Numbered from the stretch's first letter, positions 1 through 10,254 are shown. The stretch: 64,000 nucleotides of DNA from Candidatus Latescibacterota bacterium (GCA_965219995.1 CBDCOX010000002.1:4832001-4896000); one strand, 5' to 3'. Notes: generated by a model not told the origin, from the letters alone. Numbers and translations: made by a program.

Positions 1-618
1 TCCGATGCGTTGGGCGTCGACCTCCGGGATGGTTTGGAGGAGATCGATCGCGCGGCACAGGTCCCACAGGTCCTTGCCGCGGATGGACCACTCGGGGAAT
101 TCTTCGTAGAAGGGCGCGGTGTCGAAGTCGCGAAGCCCCTCGTATTTGCGTTCGTTCGCGCTCAGAAGGTCGTATGACAGGGTAATGAACCCGCGCCTGA
201 CCAGGTGAAGCGCATAGGCGCGGTCCTTACCTTTTTCCGAGGGATCGTTCCCGATGACCTGCTGTCGCCCGAACGGCGTGGTGGGGTGGATGCAGAGCAC
301 CGCCGGGACCCTGCCGTTCAGTCCCTCGGGGATGAGCACGTCCGCGACAATGCGTTCACCCGGCCCGACGTTGTACGCGATGCTTCGCTTGACGTGGTCT
401 CCCTGGTCCGATTCCAGGACAACCTCAGCGTCCAGCGGACAAACCTCCGAGGGGCCGCGACCCAGGGTCTGGCGGAAAATCGCCCGGAGCGCATCCGCTT
501 TTGTCTCCCACTCTTCCACCGTTTCGATTGTTGCGATATGGGACGGCCCGCCGCCCATGGTGAGGCCGTCTCCGCCTCTTCGGATTTCCAGCAGATCGTC
601 GAACGTGATGTCGGCCAT
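1..618 (-). CDS. alpha/beta hydrolase (dienelactone hydrolase/acetylxylan esterase-like), runs off the window's left edge
   Basis: Manual translation from ATG 618 (GGAG upstream): MADITFDDLL...VLIPEGLNGRVPAVLCIHP...RAIDLLQTIPEVDAQRIG. Absent from the ORF track because no stop lies in the window. Confidence 0.8.
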   Translation of the reverse strand, partial: MADITFDDLLEIRRGGDGLTMGGGPSHIATIETVEEWETKADALRAIFRQTLGRGPSEVCPLDAEVVLESDQGDHVKRSIAYNVGPGERIVADVLIPEGLNGRVPAVLCIHPTTPFGRQQVIGNDPSEKGKDRAYALHLVRRGFITLSYDLLSANERKYEGLRDFDTAPFYEEFPEWSIRGKDLWDLCRAIDLLQTIPEVDAQRIG

Positions 619-788
619 ATGCACTCCCGGATCGGGATTTTCAGGACAAGGGCGCTATTCGTTCTGGCGATGTTTCGTTCGCCCGGGCGCCGCCGGTATT
701 CCCGTCACGATACGGAATTCCCGTAATATACACGAATCCCGGGAACTGGCGCAACCGTGAAAGGGCCTTGAGAAATTTACCATCGATA

Positions 789-1010
789 GATGCGCAGACC
801 TCTCCCCCCGGCCCCAGTAAGGCGGTGAGAGGTAAGACGGGAGACGGTAGACGATCACGCTGCACCAAGGGACGGCGATACGGCCTGGCGAGATAACCTA
901 GCGGATGCGCAGACCTCCCCCCTGCCCCCTCTCCTAAAGGAAAGGGGGAGAAAACAGGTGACTCTGAGGGGATCACAGTTCCCCTTCCTTCAGGAAGGGG
1001 GATAGGGGGT
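789..1010. repeat. composite intergenic repeat cluster
   Basis: Direct repeat gatgcgcagacctc at 789 and 904; heptamer arm taaggcggtgagaggtaagacgggagacggtagacg at 818-853; C/G-rich hairpins cccctctcctaaaggaaaggggg and ccccttccttcaggaagggg. Confidence 0.7.
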
Positions 1011-1196
1011 AGGTCGGTGACGTGGAGAGGGGTTTTTCCGTGTTAATCCGTTCTCCAAATTTGTTATATATCGCCATCGCCGCCGTCAGGGCGGTACCGG
1101 TACGCGGGGATCCACCACCGATGCCTCCATCTCGATGAACATACGAGGGTTGCATCTCCGCGGGTTTTGGCAAGATTGACGGAAGGGGATGAGGCG

Positions 1197-2753
1197 GTGC
1201 TTCAGGTACATGGCTTACGCGTTGCCTACGGGGCTGTTACCGTGCTGGACGGCATTTCGTTCAGCCTGCGCGGCGGCGAGGCGGTTGCCGTCGTGGGCGC
1301 GAACGGATGCGGAAAGACCACGCTGCTGAAATGCCTTACGGGCGAGATCACGGATTACGAGGGCGACGTCTCCCTGCACCGGTCCGCGAGGTGGGCCTGT
1401 GTTCCCCAGGAGAGCCCGGCAGAATTCGAGGGATCGGCCGTGACACGCGCGCTGTCTTTCGACGCGGAGTTGGCCCGGCTGTACACGGGCATTCAGGCGG
1501 GGCGGCACGAATTCTATCAGGACTACTACGAGTCGGGCGGGTTCGAGCGCGAGGACCGGGTTCGAACCTTTGCCGGAAATTTCGGCGTGGATCTGGAGAC
1601 GCCGTACGGGAGCATGTCCCGCGGACAGCAGCGAAAGGTGGACCTGGCGGGAGCGCTGGCACTGGACGCGGACCTGATGCTGTTCGACGAACCGCTGAAC
1701 TATCTGGATATCCGGGGCATCACGGCGTTTGAGGAGGCCGTCCGCCAAGTCAAACGACGGGGACGCGCGGTGCTGATCGTAAGTCACGATCGGGAGCTGA
1801 TCGACAACGTGGCGGACCGGACGGTCTACCTCGAACGGGGCGCCATGTTTTCCGTACATGGCGGCTATTCGACGGCGCTGGAGCACAGGGAGCGGGACTT
1901 TCAGGGCAGGCTGGACAGAGCGAGAGACCTGAGGAAAAAGATCTCGGGGCTTCAGGAGGCCATGCGGAGAAGGATGTCGTGGGGGGTGAGCCGTGAAAAC
2001 GAGACGAGGGACTCCTCGAGCCGTCGTCTCGCCGCAAAGGTGATGAAGGGCGCGAAGGCGATGGAGCGGCGCCTCGAACGGCACACGGCTGATCTGGAAG
2101 CGGAGAAACCCTGGATCGAGAAGAAGGTGAGGATGAATTTCCCGCCCTACGAGGTGGACCGCCGCCTGGTGGGAAGGATGGAGTCGGCGGTCAAACAATG
2201 GGATGGCAACACGGTCCTGGAAGCGCTGGACCTGGTCGTGGAGACAAGAGACCGGATCGCAGTCATGGGGCCGAACGGGGCCGGCAAGACAACGCTTCTA
2301 AACGTGATGACGGGGCAACTGCCGCCGGATTCGGGCTCGGTGTATTTCAATGCCAATGTGAGGACGGGATATGTAACGCAGGGCCTGGACGGCTTCTACG
2401 ACCGGGAGATCTTCCTGGACAATTTCCGCGACGTCGATTACGACGAGAGCGAGGTGCGCCAGTTTCTGGGCGCGGCCAAACTGCGTGCCGAAAAAGTGGT
2501 CCGGCCCGTCCGGACGCTCAGTTACGGCGAGCGGATGCGCGGCGCCATTGTGAAGATGATCCTGGATAGGATGGAGTTTCTCGTGTTGGATGAGCCCACG
2601 ACGCACCTGGACGTCGAGTCCGTGGAGGTGCTGGAAAAGTTGCTGGAGGACTTTCCCGGCGGGTTTGTCGTCGTCAGCCACGACCGTCGGTTGGTTACCA
2701 CCGTGGCGGATGAAATCTTTATGCTGGAAAACGGGAAGTTGGAAATGCTGTAA
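1197..2753 (+). CDS. ABC-F family ATPase (ribosome-associated, ARE-like)
   Basis: Two ABC domains (GANGCGKTT/DEP and GPNGAGKTT/LSYGE/DEPTTHLD), no TM segments, helical linker with AAKVMKGAKAMERR. Confidence 0.9.
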   Translation: MLQVHGLRVAYGAVTVLDGISFSLRGGEAVAVVGANGCGKTTLLKCLTGEITDYEGDVSLHRSARWACVPQESPAEFEGSAVTRALSFDAELARLYTGIQAGRHEFYQDYYESGGFEREDRVRTFAGNFGVDLETPYGSMSRGQQRKVDLAGALALDADLMLFDEPLNYLDIRGITAFEEAVRQVKRRGRAVLIVSHDRELIDNVADRTVYLERGAMFSVHGGYSTALEHRERDFQGRLDRARDLRKKISGLQEAMRRRMSWGVSRENETRDSSSRRLAAKVMKGAKAMERRLERHTADLEAEKPWIEKKVRMNFPPYEVDRRLVGRMESAVKQWDGNTVLEALDLVVETRDRIAVMGPNGAGKTTLLNVMTGQLPPDSGSVYFNANVRTGYVTQGLDGFYDREIFLDNFRDVDYDESEVRQFLGAAKLRAEKVVRPVRTLSYGERMRGAIVKMILDRMEFLVLDEPTTHLDVESVEVLEKLLEDFPGGFVVVSHDRRLVTTVADEIFMLENGKLEML

Positions 2754-2771
2754 TGGCGGAAGCCGTGGATT

Positions 2772-3917
2772 TCACGGAGAACCGGTTTCCCAGAAGTAGA
2801 TCGGTCTGCCTGTGGCGTCGATGTAGCCCGACCGTCCTTCTTCGACCACGGGAGCCACGCCGTCGTTGAAAGTCCAGACCCTGGTGAATTTCGGTTCGAC
2901 GACGCAGTCGCCCTGTCGATTGATAAACCCCCATCTGCTGACGACCAGGACGGCGGCCATGCCTTCGGAGAAGTGCTCGACGTGGTCGAAGCGAGGCCGG
3001 ACGACAAAGGCGCCGGTCTTGTCGATGAATCCGAATCGATCCCCGATTCGGGCGCCGGCGAGGCCTTCGCGAAAGGGGTGGGCTTCGTCGAATTTCAGGG
3101 GAATAACGAACTTCCCGGTTTCGTCGATATATCCCTCTTTGTCGCCGATGCCCACTCGCCCTAGACCCTCGACAAAGCCCAGGGCTCTCTCGAATTGGGG
3201 CGGAATGATCATATCGCCGGTTCTATTGATGTAGCCGAATTTACCGTCTTTTTTGGCGGCGTACGGCGCTGAAAATTCAAAGGGCGAGTGATTCATGGGA
3301 GGATCTCCTTTCCGCGTTTGCTTTGATGTTGGCGAAGGAATGGCTGCCGATGCGAGGGCCTCTTCGTCGGGCGTGAACCGGGCCTCGACGAGGGTCTTTA
3401 CGAGTTGTTTCCTCACCTTGCGTTTGGCTCTGAGAATGCGCATGGTGATGGCTTTGTACGAGAGACTGTGGATTTTTTGAAGGTCGGCATAGGTGATGTC
3501 GTCCAGGTAGCGGGATTTGAGCAGGTCGCGTTCGAGTGCGGGCAATCTGTCAATGGCGCGCATGGTTCGTTCAATGGTCTCATTCTGAATCAGACGCGCT
3601 TCAGCGGACGGTTCGGTGGCGGGTTCCGGCTGGACGTGGGACCGCGTGCGCGATTGTTTGCGGCGCAGCCGGTTCTGGCATTCGTGGCGCACAATTCGAC
3701 GCAGCCACGCCTCGAAACTCTCCGGGCGTTTAAGAGCAGCGAGGTTCTGATACGCTTTGAGAAAGGCGTCCTGAGCAATTTCCCGTGCATCCTCAGGATT
3801 CTTCATCCAGAGTAAGGCGTGGGCGTAAACGGACCCCTGGTGTTTCCGTATGAGTTGCTCGAGGGCTCGCACATCACCCGCGAGAATCTGCTGGATCGTG
3901 TGCGCGTCGTTGTTCAC
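2772..3917 (-). CDS. ECF sigma-70 factor fused to a C-terminal WG-repeat domain
   Basis: Region 2 DAREIAQDAFLKAY/FEAWLRRI and a region 4 HTH, followed by repeats GKFGYIN...F.EG.A.V. Confidence 0.88.
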   Translation of the reverse strand: MNNDAHTIQQILAGDVRALEQLIRKHQGSVYAHALLWMKNPEDAREIAQDAFLKAYQNLAALKRPESFEAWLRRIVRHECQNRLRRKQSRTRSHVQPEPATEPSAEARLIQNETIERTMRAIDRLPALERDLLKSRYLDDITYADLQKIHSLSYKAITMRILRAKRKVRKQLVKTLVEARFTPDEEALASAAIPSPTSKQTRKGDPPMNHSPFEFSAPYAAKKDGKFGYINRTGDMIIPPQFERALGFVEGLGRVGIGDKEGYIDETGKFVIPLKFDEAHPFREGLAGARIGDRFGFIDKTGAFVVRPRFDHVEHFSEGMAAVLVVSRWGFINRQGDCVVEPKFTRVWTFNDGVAPVVEEGRSGYIDATGRPIYFWETGSP

Positions 3918-3931
3918 GGTGAGTCCTTTTC

Positions 3932-3990
3932 AGCCTGAATAATTCAGTAGACATAAACTTACATGGATGGACAGGATGAACAGGATAAAG
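3932..3990. repeat. short repeat with 9-mer acaggatga-type units; partial second copy at 6188-6232
   Basis: agcctgaata...ttacatggatggaca is shared between 3932-3973 and 6188-6228. Confidence 0.6.
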
Positions 3991-4329
3991 ACCAAGAGCA
4001 GGACAAATGCTCACGATTCCGGGCCAAACCGATGGATCCTTACCTCGGCGGGCTACGAAACATCACCCTGACCAAACAATTCCGAAATTCATGAAATGCT
4101 GACGCGTAATATTTCGCAGGATTTATTGAAAAACAACCCGTTATACATCAAAACCAGGGTTTTCGTGAATAATCCACCTTAGATAAAGACACCGTAACCC
4201 TTTTTTTCTTCGCTTTTTCTTATGTAATATAGCGTAGCATCGGTGAAGGGCTCGGACAATGCGCATTGCGTTCTTCAACTCCGCAGGAAACGACGTGAAA
4301 CTCATGCCTGCAATTCTTCCGGAGTCGAA

Positions 4330-5346
4330 ATGATAGTCATCTATTCGCCGACCCACCGGCGTCACGCGCCTCCATTTCAGTTTATCGGAGGCGGGCTGAA
4401 GCCCTATCCCGAAGTTCCGGCGCGGGCGGAGGCCATCCTGCGCGCGGTCGAAGAGACGCACGAGGTGCTGCCGCCGCGGGCATTTTCGATGGACGCCATC
4501 CGCGCCGTGCACGACGCGGGATATCTGCGCTTCCTGGAACACGTCCACGCGGCGTGGGTGGAACGGGGCGGCGGAGGCGAAACCGGACTGATCCCCGACA
4601 CCTTCGCCGCGCGCGCGTCGTCCCGCGTACCGCGCGACGTCATACATCAGGCGGGTTACTATAGTTTCGAGACGCAGACGCCCATTGTGGAGCACACCTT
4701 CGAGGCCGCGCGCGCCGCCGCGTTCTGCGCGCTGACCGGCGCCGCGATGCTGCTGGAAGGCGAGGCATCGGTGTACGCGCTCTGCCGTCCGCCCGGCCAT
4801 CACGCGGCCGCCGACCAGTACGGCGGCTACTGTTATCTGAACCACGCCGCGATTGCGGCGAGATATCTCAGCGCCTCCGGACGGGCAGCCGTTCTGGATC
4901 TGGACTATCACCACGGGAACGGAACGCAGTCGATATTCTACGCGTCGGACGCGGTCCCGTTCGTTTCGATCCACGCGGACCCGGACCGCGAGTATCCCTG
5001 GTTCAGCGGGTATGCGGACGAGGCGGGGGCGGGCGCCGGGAGAGGGTCGAACGTCAATTTCCCGCTTCCCATTGGCGCCGGCGAAACGCTGTACCTGGAG
5101 ACGCTGGACAGGGCTCTGGGCGAAGTGGACCGGTTCGCCCCCGCCTTTCTCGTGATCTCGCTGGGTGTGGACGTCTGCGTGCACGACCCCCTGGGCAAGT
5201 TCGATCTTCCTGTGGCGGCGTTCGAGACGATCGGACGTCATCTCGCCTCGCTCGGCGTTCCCACGCTGCTGGTTCAGGAGGGCGGATACGACCTCGAAAC
5301 CATTGGCCCCTGTGTGAAGAATGTGCTTGATGGATTTGGGCGATAG
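4330..5346 (+). CDS. histone deacetylase family / acetylpolyamine amidohydrolase-like
   Basis: RPPGHH, GGYCYLN, DLDYHHGNG, SLGVD and QEGGY motifs; GGAG before ATG 4330. Confidence 0.92.
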   Translation: MIVIYSPTHRRHAPPFQFIGGGLKPYPEVPARAEAILRAVEETHEVLPPRAFSMDAIRAVHDAGYLRFLEHVHAAWVERGGGGETGLIPDTFAARASSRVPRDVIHQAGYYSFETQTPIVEHTFEAARAAAFCALTGAAMLLEGEASVYALCRPPGHHAAADQYGGYCYLNHAAIAARYLSASGRAAVLDLDYHHGNGTQSIFYASDAVPFVSIHADPDREYPWFSGYADEAGAGAGRGSNVNFPLPIGAGETLYLETLDRALGEVDRFAPAFLVISLGVDVCVHDPLGKFDLPVAAFETIGRHLASLGVPTLLVQEGGYDLETIGPCVKNVLDGFGR

Positions 5347-5442
5347 GCGTTAATTGTCCGTCCCGACGTTTTTGATCGACACCGGCGATTCCGGCGCAGC
5401 CGCGTCTTCGGGGTCCGCCCTGGCCCGCGAAAGGTGGAAGCC

Positions 5443-6189
5443 ATGATTCTCGCCGAAATGACATCCCCGGAAATCGATGCCCTGCCTCGCGATATCGTGG
5501 TGTTGATTCCGGTGGCCTCCTGCGAACAGCACAGCCTGCATCTGCCCGTGTTTACCGACAGCCTGATCGGCGGCGAGGTGGCCGGGCGCGTGCACGAACG
5601 CTGCCCGGACGACGTGCTGGTGCTGCCGGTGCAGTGGCTGGGATACTCCCAGCACCACATCCGTTATCCGGGTACGGTGAGCGCGGTCTCCGATACGCAT
5701 CTGTTGCTCATGATGGACATCGTGGCGTCGATGGTGGGGCACGGGTTCCGGAAGATCCTGATTCAGAACAGCCACGGCGGCAACGGCGCCAATGTCTCCG
5801 TGCTGCTGCAGCGGCTGATGGAACGGTACCCCGACGGCGACGTGGAGTTCTACTCACGCTGGGCGTGGGCCTCCGGCGATAAGCTCGACAGGATTCGGCG
5901 ACTCGGCTCGGGCGGGTCGGGCCATGCCGGCGAGACGGAGACCTCGATGATCCTGGCCATCCGTCCGGAACTGGTGCGTTTGGACCGTCTTGACGCGGAC
6001 GGAGAGCGGGACGGGATGCGGGTCTCGGGCGTGGCTTCCTACCACCGGTTCGATCAGCGCACGAAACACGGCGGCGTCGGCGATCCGCGCCCCGCGAGCG
6101 CGGAGCATGGGGAGCAGATGCTGGATGCTTCCGCCGACGAGGTGGCGGAGCACGTGAAGCAGATCAGGGCCCTGAAGCCGTTCGGTTAG
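5443..6189 (+). CDS. creatininase family amidohydrolase
   Basis: EQHSLHLP..TD, NSHGGN and HAGETETS motifs. Confidence 0.92.
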   Translation: MILAEMTSPEIDALPRDIVVLIPVASCEQHSLHLPVFTDSLIGGEVAGRVHERCPDDVLVLPVQWLGYSQHHIRYPGTVSAVSDTHLLLMMDIVASMVGHGFRKILIQNSHGGNGANVSVLLQRLMERYPDGDVEFYSRWAWASGDKLDRIRRLGSGGSGHAGETETSMILAIRPELVRLDRLDADGERDGMRVSGVASYHRFDQRTKHGGVGDPRPASAEHGEQMLDASADEVAEHVKQIRALKPFG

Positions 6190-6342
6190 CCTGAATAGGT
6201 CAAATTCATGAATTTACATGGATGGACATGGAAGCCGTTCCCTTGAAACCGTGTGTAGTCCGGCGCGAACGCACTGGAGTTGATGGACGAACTCTGGTCC
6301 GTAAAACACCCGCACGCTGAAACGATATCCGGAGGAGATTGC

Positions 6343-7134
6343 ATGCGCGCAAATCGACTGAGCGAACTGTTGAAGGCGGACAAGCCAAGCGTGGGTACTC
6401 ACGTACACAGTCCCTGGCCGACCGTGATGGAACTGGTCGGTCTTTCCGGGATGTTCGACTACGTGGAATATGTGTCGGAATATGCGCCGTACGACCTGCA
6501 CACGTTCGAAAACCTGGCCAGGGCGATTGAGCTTTACGATATGTCGTCCATGATCAAGGTGGAGCAGGAACCGAGATCGCACCTGGCTTCCCGGGCGATC
6601 GGCGCTGGTATCCAGAACGTGTTGTTCGCCGACGTGCGGAACGTCTCCGATGCTCGCGAGTGCGTGAATGCGGTGCGTGCCGAAACGCCGAAGACGGGCG
6701 GACAGCACGGCGCGAGCATGCGCCGGACCATGGGGTTCGGGATGGCCGGGGGCCTGCCGGAATTCGTGGATGCCATGGAGGATGTTGTCATCGCCATAAT
6801 GATCGAGAAGGCGCCGGCCGTGGAGAACCTCGAGGCGCTGCTGTCCGTGGGCGGCATTGATATGGTGCAGTTCGGTCCTGGAGACTACTCCATGAGCATC
6901 GGCCACCCGGGCGAGTACGGAGGCGAGCGAGTCAGGGAGGCGGAGAAGTTCGTCATCGAAACGTCATTGAAGATGGGTGTAGCGCCGCGCGCCGAAATCA
7001 GCAGTCCGGACCAGGCGGAGCGCTATCTGGACATGGGGGTGAAACACTTCTGCATCGGTACGGACGTGAGCATCCTGATGGACTGGTTCCGCAATCGGGG
7101 AGAGGAAATGCGGCGGGTACTCGAAGGCGCATAA
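6343..7134 (+). CDS. HpcH/HpaI aldolase family protein
   Basis: IMIEK..AVENLE and QFGPGDYSMSIG; GGAGGAG RBS. Confidence 0.88.
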   Translation: MRANRLSELLKADKPSVGTHVHSPWPTVMELVGLSGMFDYVEYVSEYAPYDLHTFENLARAIELYDMSSMIKVEQEPRSHLASRAIGAGIQNVLFADVRNVSDARECVNAVRAETPKTGGQHGASMRRTMGFGMAGGLPEFVDAMEDVVIAIMIEKAPAVENLEALLSVGGIDMVQFGPGDYSMSIGHPGEYGGERVREAEKFVIETSLKMGVAPRAEISSPDQAERYLDMGVKHFCIGTDVSILMDWFRNRGEEMRRVLEGA

Positions 7135-7227
7135 AATTTCATACGGATCGCGGGCGATACAGCTTGCAGGAATGAATCAAAGGGTCTGCGGCCAGTGCGA
7201 TGCAGGCCGGAGGGAGGCGAAACAAGG

Positions 7228-8283
7228 ATGGCAATGGCATCGAACGATAACGGCCGGTCGGATCCTCACGGACTGTGGAACACGGGAAATCCCCGCATGC
7301 ACGTGGGTACGCAGCGGTTCGACACAACGGATGAACACCTGTCCTTTCTCGCGCGCCACGGCGTGAACAGTATGGCCGCGAACGACATCACGTTTCACCG
7401 CGATCGGGGCTGGGATGCCGAGGAACTTGCGGCGAAACGTGATAAGTGCGCTCGTTACGGCGTGGACCTCGAGATGGTGGCGCTGCCTCTCCACCAGTTC
7501 AACGAGGACGGTGGTTCGGTGCCGAACTACATGCTGGGCAACTGGAAAAAGGGAGAGAAAGAGATCGAACGCGTGTGCCGGATGGTGCGCGCCACGTCCG
7601 AAGCCGGCATTCCCGCCATCAAGTATTTTCTGTGCGAGATGGAAAACCAGCGGACGGAAAGCGTGCCACTCGGGCGCGGGGGGGTGCGGTATTCCACCTG
7701 GGATCTCTCGAAGGCCGATTCCGGTACGCCCAGGTACGATCAACCCGTGACCGCCGAAGAAAACTGGAAGCGGGTAACCTTCTTTCTCGAGCGGGTGATC
7801 CCCGTCGCGGAAGAATGTAAAGTCCGCATGGCCTGCCACCCCTGCGACCCGTGGTTGCCGCCGGGCTACAAGGGGGTGGACCGCGTCCTGGGCGGTGCGG
7901 AGGGGTTCAAGCGGTTCATCGAGATCTGCCCCAGTCCCTATCACGGCCTGAATCTCTGCCTGGGCTGCATGGCCGAGAGCGTAGAAAACCCCGCCACGGA
8001 GGTGCCGGACATTATCCGGTATTTCGGAGAACGGAAGAAGATCCACCTGATCCACTATCGGAACATCTTCGGCGGCCGCAACAAATTCCAGGAAGTCTGG
8101 CCCGATGAAGGCGACATGAATATGTACACGCTGATGCAGGCGCTGAAAGACGTCGGCTATCCGCACATGGTCGTGCCGGACCACGCTCCGGGCCACAGCG
8201 CGAAGGGGAGTTTCGAACAGGCCTTCGCCTTCCAGTTCGGCTATATCAAGGCGATGATGCAGGCGGCGCTCTCGACCGATTGA
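7228..8283 (+). CDS. mannonate dehydratase (UxuA) family protein
   Basis: IPVAEECKVRMACHPCDP, GLNLCLGC, HYRN, DEGD and PDHAP motifs. Confidence 0.85.
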   Translation: MAMASNDNGRSDPHGLWNTGNPRMHVGTQRFDTTDEHLSFLARHGVNSMAANDITFHRDRGWDAEELAAKRDKCARYGVDLEMVALPLHQFNEDGGSVPNYMLGNWKKGEKEIERVCRMVRATSEAGIPAIKYFLCEMENQRTESVPLGRGGVRYSTWDLSKADSGTPRYDQPVTAEENWKRVTFFLERVIPVAEECKVRMACHPCDPWLPPGYKGVDRVLGGAEGFKRFIEICPSPYHGLNLCLGCMAESVENPATEVPDIIRYFGERKKIHLIHYRNIFGGRNKFQEVWPDEGDMNMYTLMQALKDVGYPHMVVPDHAPGHSAKGSFEQAFAFQFGYIKAMMQAALSTD

Positions 8284-8377
8284 AACCGGAAGGATAGCAG
8301 CAGACCCTCACCGTCGATCCGGCGTCGGCAAGGCGATATTCTTTCGAGGGAACACGCGTATCCCCGGAGTCGTGACG

Positions 8378-8716
8378 ATGTTCGATACGAGCAGTTTCGA
8401 CCGGGCTCTGAAGAAACGAAGAGAGAAGCAAGACCGCGAGAGAACGGAATGTCTGCGTTCGGTTACGGCAACTCTGAAGCGGATCCGTGACGAGTACGAC
8501 ATCTGTGAAGCATACGTTACGGGTGCGCTTCTGTTTGAACACAGTTGGAACCGGACGTCCCACGTCGCAGTGGCTGTTGGCGGATGTTCGATGCGGGTAC
8601 TTGACGTGATGAAGGTGTTGGAAGACGCCTCGGGCAGGACCGTGGACGTCATCGATCTGGATATGCATCCGTTTCCCGAATCGGTCAGGAACTGGAGTTT
8701 GATGGTTTATCAATGA
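8378..8716 (+). CDS. minimal nucleotidyltransferase (MNT)-like protein with degenerate active site
   Basis: AYVTGA...SHVAVAV...GRTVDVIDL matches the MNT layout (GS...DxD...VDV), but GS and DxD are lost. Confidence 0.6.
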   Translation: MFDTSSFDRALKKRREKQDRERTECLRSVTATLKRIRDEYDICEAYVTGALLFEHSWNRTSHVAVAVGGCSMRVLDVMKVLEDASGRTVDVIDLDMHPFPESVRNWSLMVYQ

Positions 8717-8832
8717 AGCCGGGTTGTGGCGGGATTCCTGGGTCGAATATCGGAATAGGCAGTAGCGGTGAGCGACACGTGGGCACTGGGGGCAGTCCGA
8801 AGTAAGCGGGGTCGAGCAATGAGGAGGGCGAG

Positions 8833-9624
8833 TTGAATCTGTTTTCGCTTGAAGGACGGGTCGCGCTGGTGACGGGCGCCGGACGCGGGATCGGGCAGGG
8901 CGTCGCAAAGGGACTCGCGGCCCACGGCGCCAGGTGTGTATTGGCGGCCAGGACCCGTTCCCAGCTCGACGAAACCGCGGCGGCGATCCGGGCGGCGGGA
9001 GGCGACGCGCTGGCGGTGGAGATGGATATGGCGGATCTGGATTCCGTCAGGAGGGGAGTGGAGAAAGCCTGCGCTCACAATGGGCAACCGGACATCCTGG
9101 TAAACAACGCGGGGATGAATATCAGGGAGCCGCTGGACGAGGTCACCGAGGAACATTACGATCACATTATGGCCGTGAATCTGAAGGGGCTGTATTTCCT
9201 GACGCAACTGGCCGCAGGACACATGATCCCGCGAAAGCGCGGAAAAGTGATCAATATCGGTTCCCTTACCACGGGAGTGGCGCTGCACGGCGTGTCGGTC
9301 TACACGGCAACCAAGGGTGCGGTCGGTCAGTTGACGAAGGCGCAGGCGCTGGAACTGGGGCCTCACAATATCCAGGTAAACGCGATCTGCCCCGGTTTTA
9401 TTCTCACGCCTTTGACCGAGAAGCTGTGGTCGGACCCGACGATGCGGGAATGGGGAGAAGGCCGGACCGTCGCGGGACGACTGGGTATCCCGGAAGACCT
9501 GGTGGGAACCGCCGTCTTTCTGGCATCCGCGGCGTCGGACTACGTCACCGGCCAGCACATCTACGTGGACGGTGGATTCATGGCCGGGGAGAAATGGCCG
9601 TTGCCTCCCAAGACGGTACAATAG
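8833..9624 (+). CDS. SDR oxidoreductase (gluconate 5-dehydrogenase-like)
   Basis: TGAGRGIG, NNAG, YTATK and VDGG motifs. Confidence 0.93.
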   Translation: MNLFSLEGRVALVTGAGRGIGQGVAKGLAAHGARCVLAARTRSQLDETAAAIRAAGGDALAVEMDMADLDSVRRGVEKACAHNGQPDILVNNAGMNIREPLDEVTEEHYDHIMAVNLKGLYFLTQLAAGHMIPRKRGKVINIGSLTTGVALHGVSVYTATKGAVGQLTKAQALELGPHNIQVNAICPGFILTPLTEKLWSDPTMREWGEGRTVAGRLGIPEDLVGTAVFLASAASDYVTGQHIYVDGGFMAGEKWPLPPKTVQ

Positions 9625-9636
9625 AGGCGCGCGCCA

Positions 9637-10254
9637 ATGGATGCTGACAGAATCGAGCGACAGATCGCCTTTATCGTCGAGATCGACAAGCTGAAGCAGG
9701 TGCTCCGGCAGACGTATCTGACCGACGGGAAACGACGGGAGAACGATGCGGAGCATTCCTGGCATCTCGCCGTCATGGCCGTGCTGCTTGCGGAATACGC
9801 CCGGGAAGAAGTGGATTTGATGAGAGTCGTGAAGATGTTGCTGTTTCACGACGTCGTGGAGATCGACGCCGGAGATACCTTCGCCTACGACGAGGCGGCC
9901 CACGCCGACAAGAAGGAAAGGGAAGGGCTTGCGGCTGAGCGGATTTTCAATCTGCTTCCAGGCGATTTGGCCGGGGAGGTATCCGCACTGTGGGAGGAAT
10001 TCGAGGCGTGCGAGACTCCCGAGGCGAAATTCGCGGAAGCGATGGACCGGCTTCAGCCTATCCTGCTGAACTACGGATCGGGCGGGATCGCGTGGCGGGA
10101 GCACAATATCAGTTCGGAACGGGTGATTGCGCGGAATCGACATATCGAAGCGGGTGCGCCGGCCCTGTGGACCTACGTCCGGGGATTGATCGCGCGTGCC
10201 GTGAGCAACGGGTACCTTTCCTCGACAGCCTCTTTGAGGGGACGGGAAACGTAG
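9637..10254 (+). CDS. HD-domain phosphohydrolase
   Basis: RENDAEHSWH, HDVVE and DRLQP motifs. Confidence 0.92.
   Translation: MDADRIERQIAFIVEIDKLKQVLRQTYLTDGKRRENDAEHSWHLAVMAVLLAEYAREEVDLMRVVKMLLFHDVVEIDAGDTFAYDEAAHADKKEREGLAAERIFNLLPGDLAGEVSALWEEFEACETPEAKFAEAMDRLQPILLNYGSGGIAWREHNISSERVIARNRHIEAGAPALWTYVRGLIARAVSNGYLSSTASLRGRET

Noticed and set aside
205-760. Plus-strand ORFs 205-726 and 254-760
   Set aside because: They are antisense to the hydrolase at 1-618, which has recognisable motifs and an RBS.
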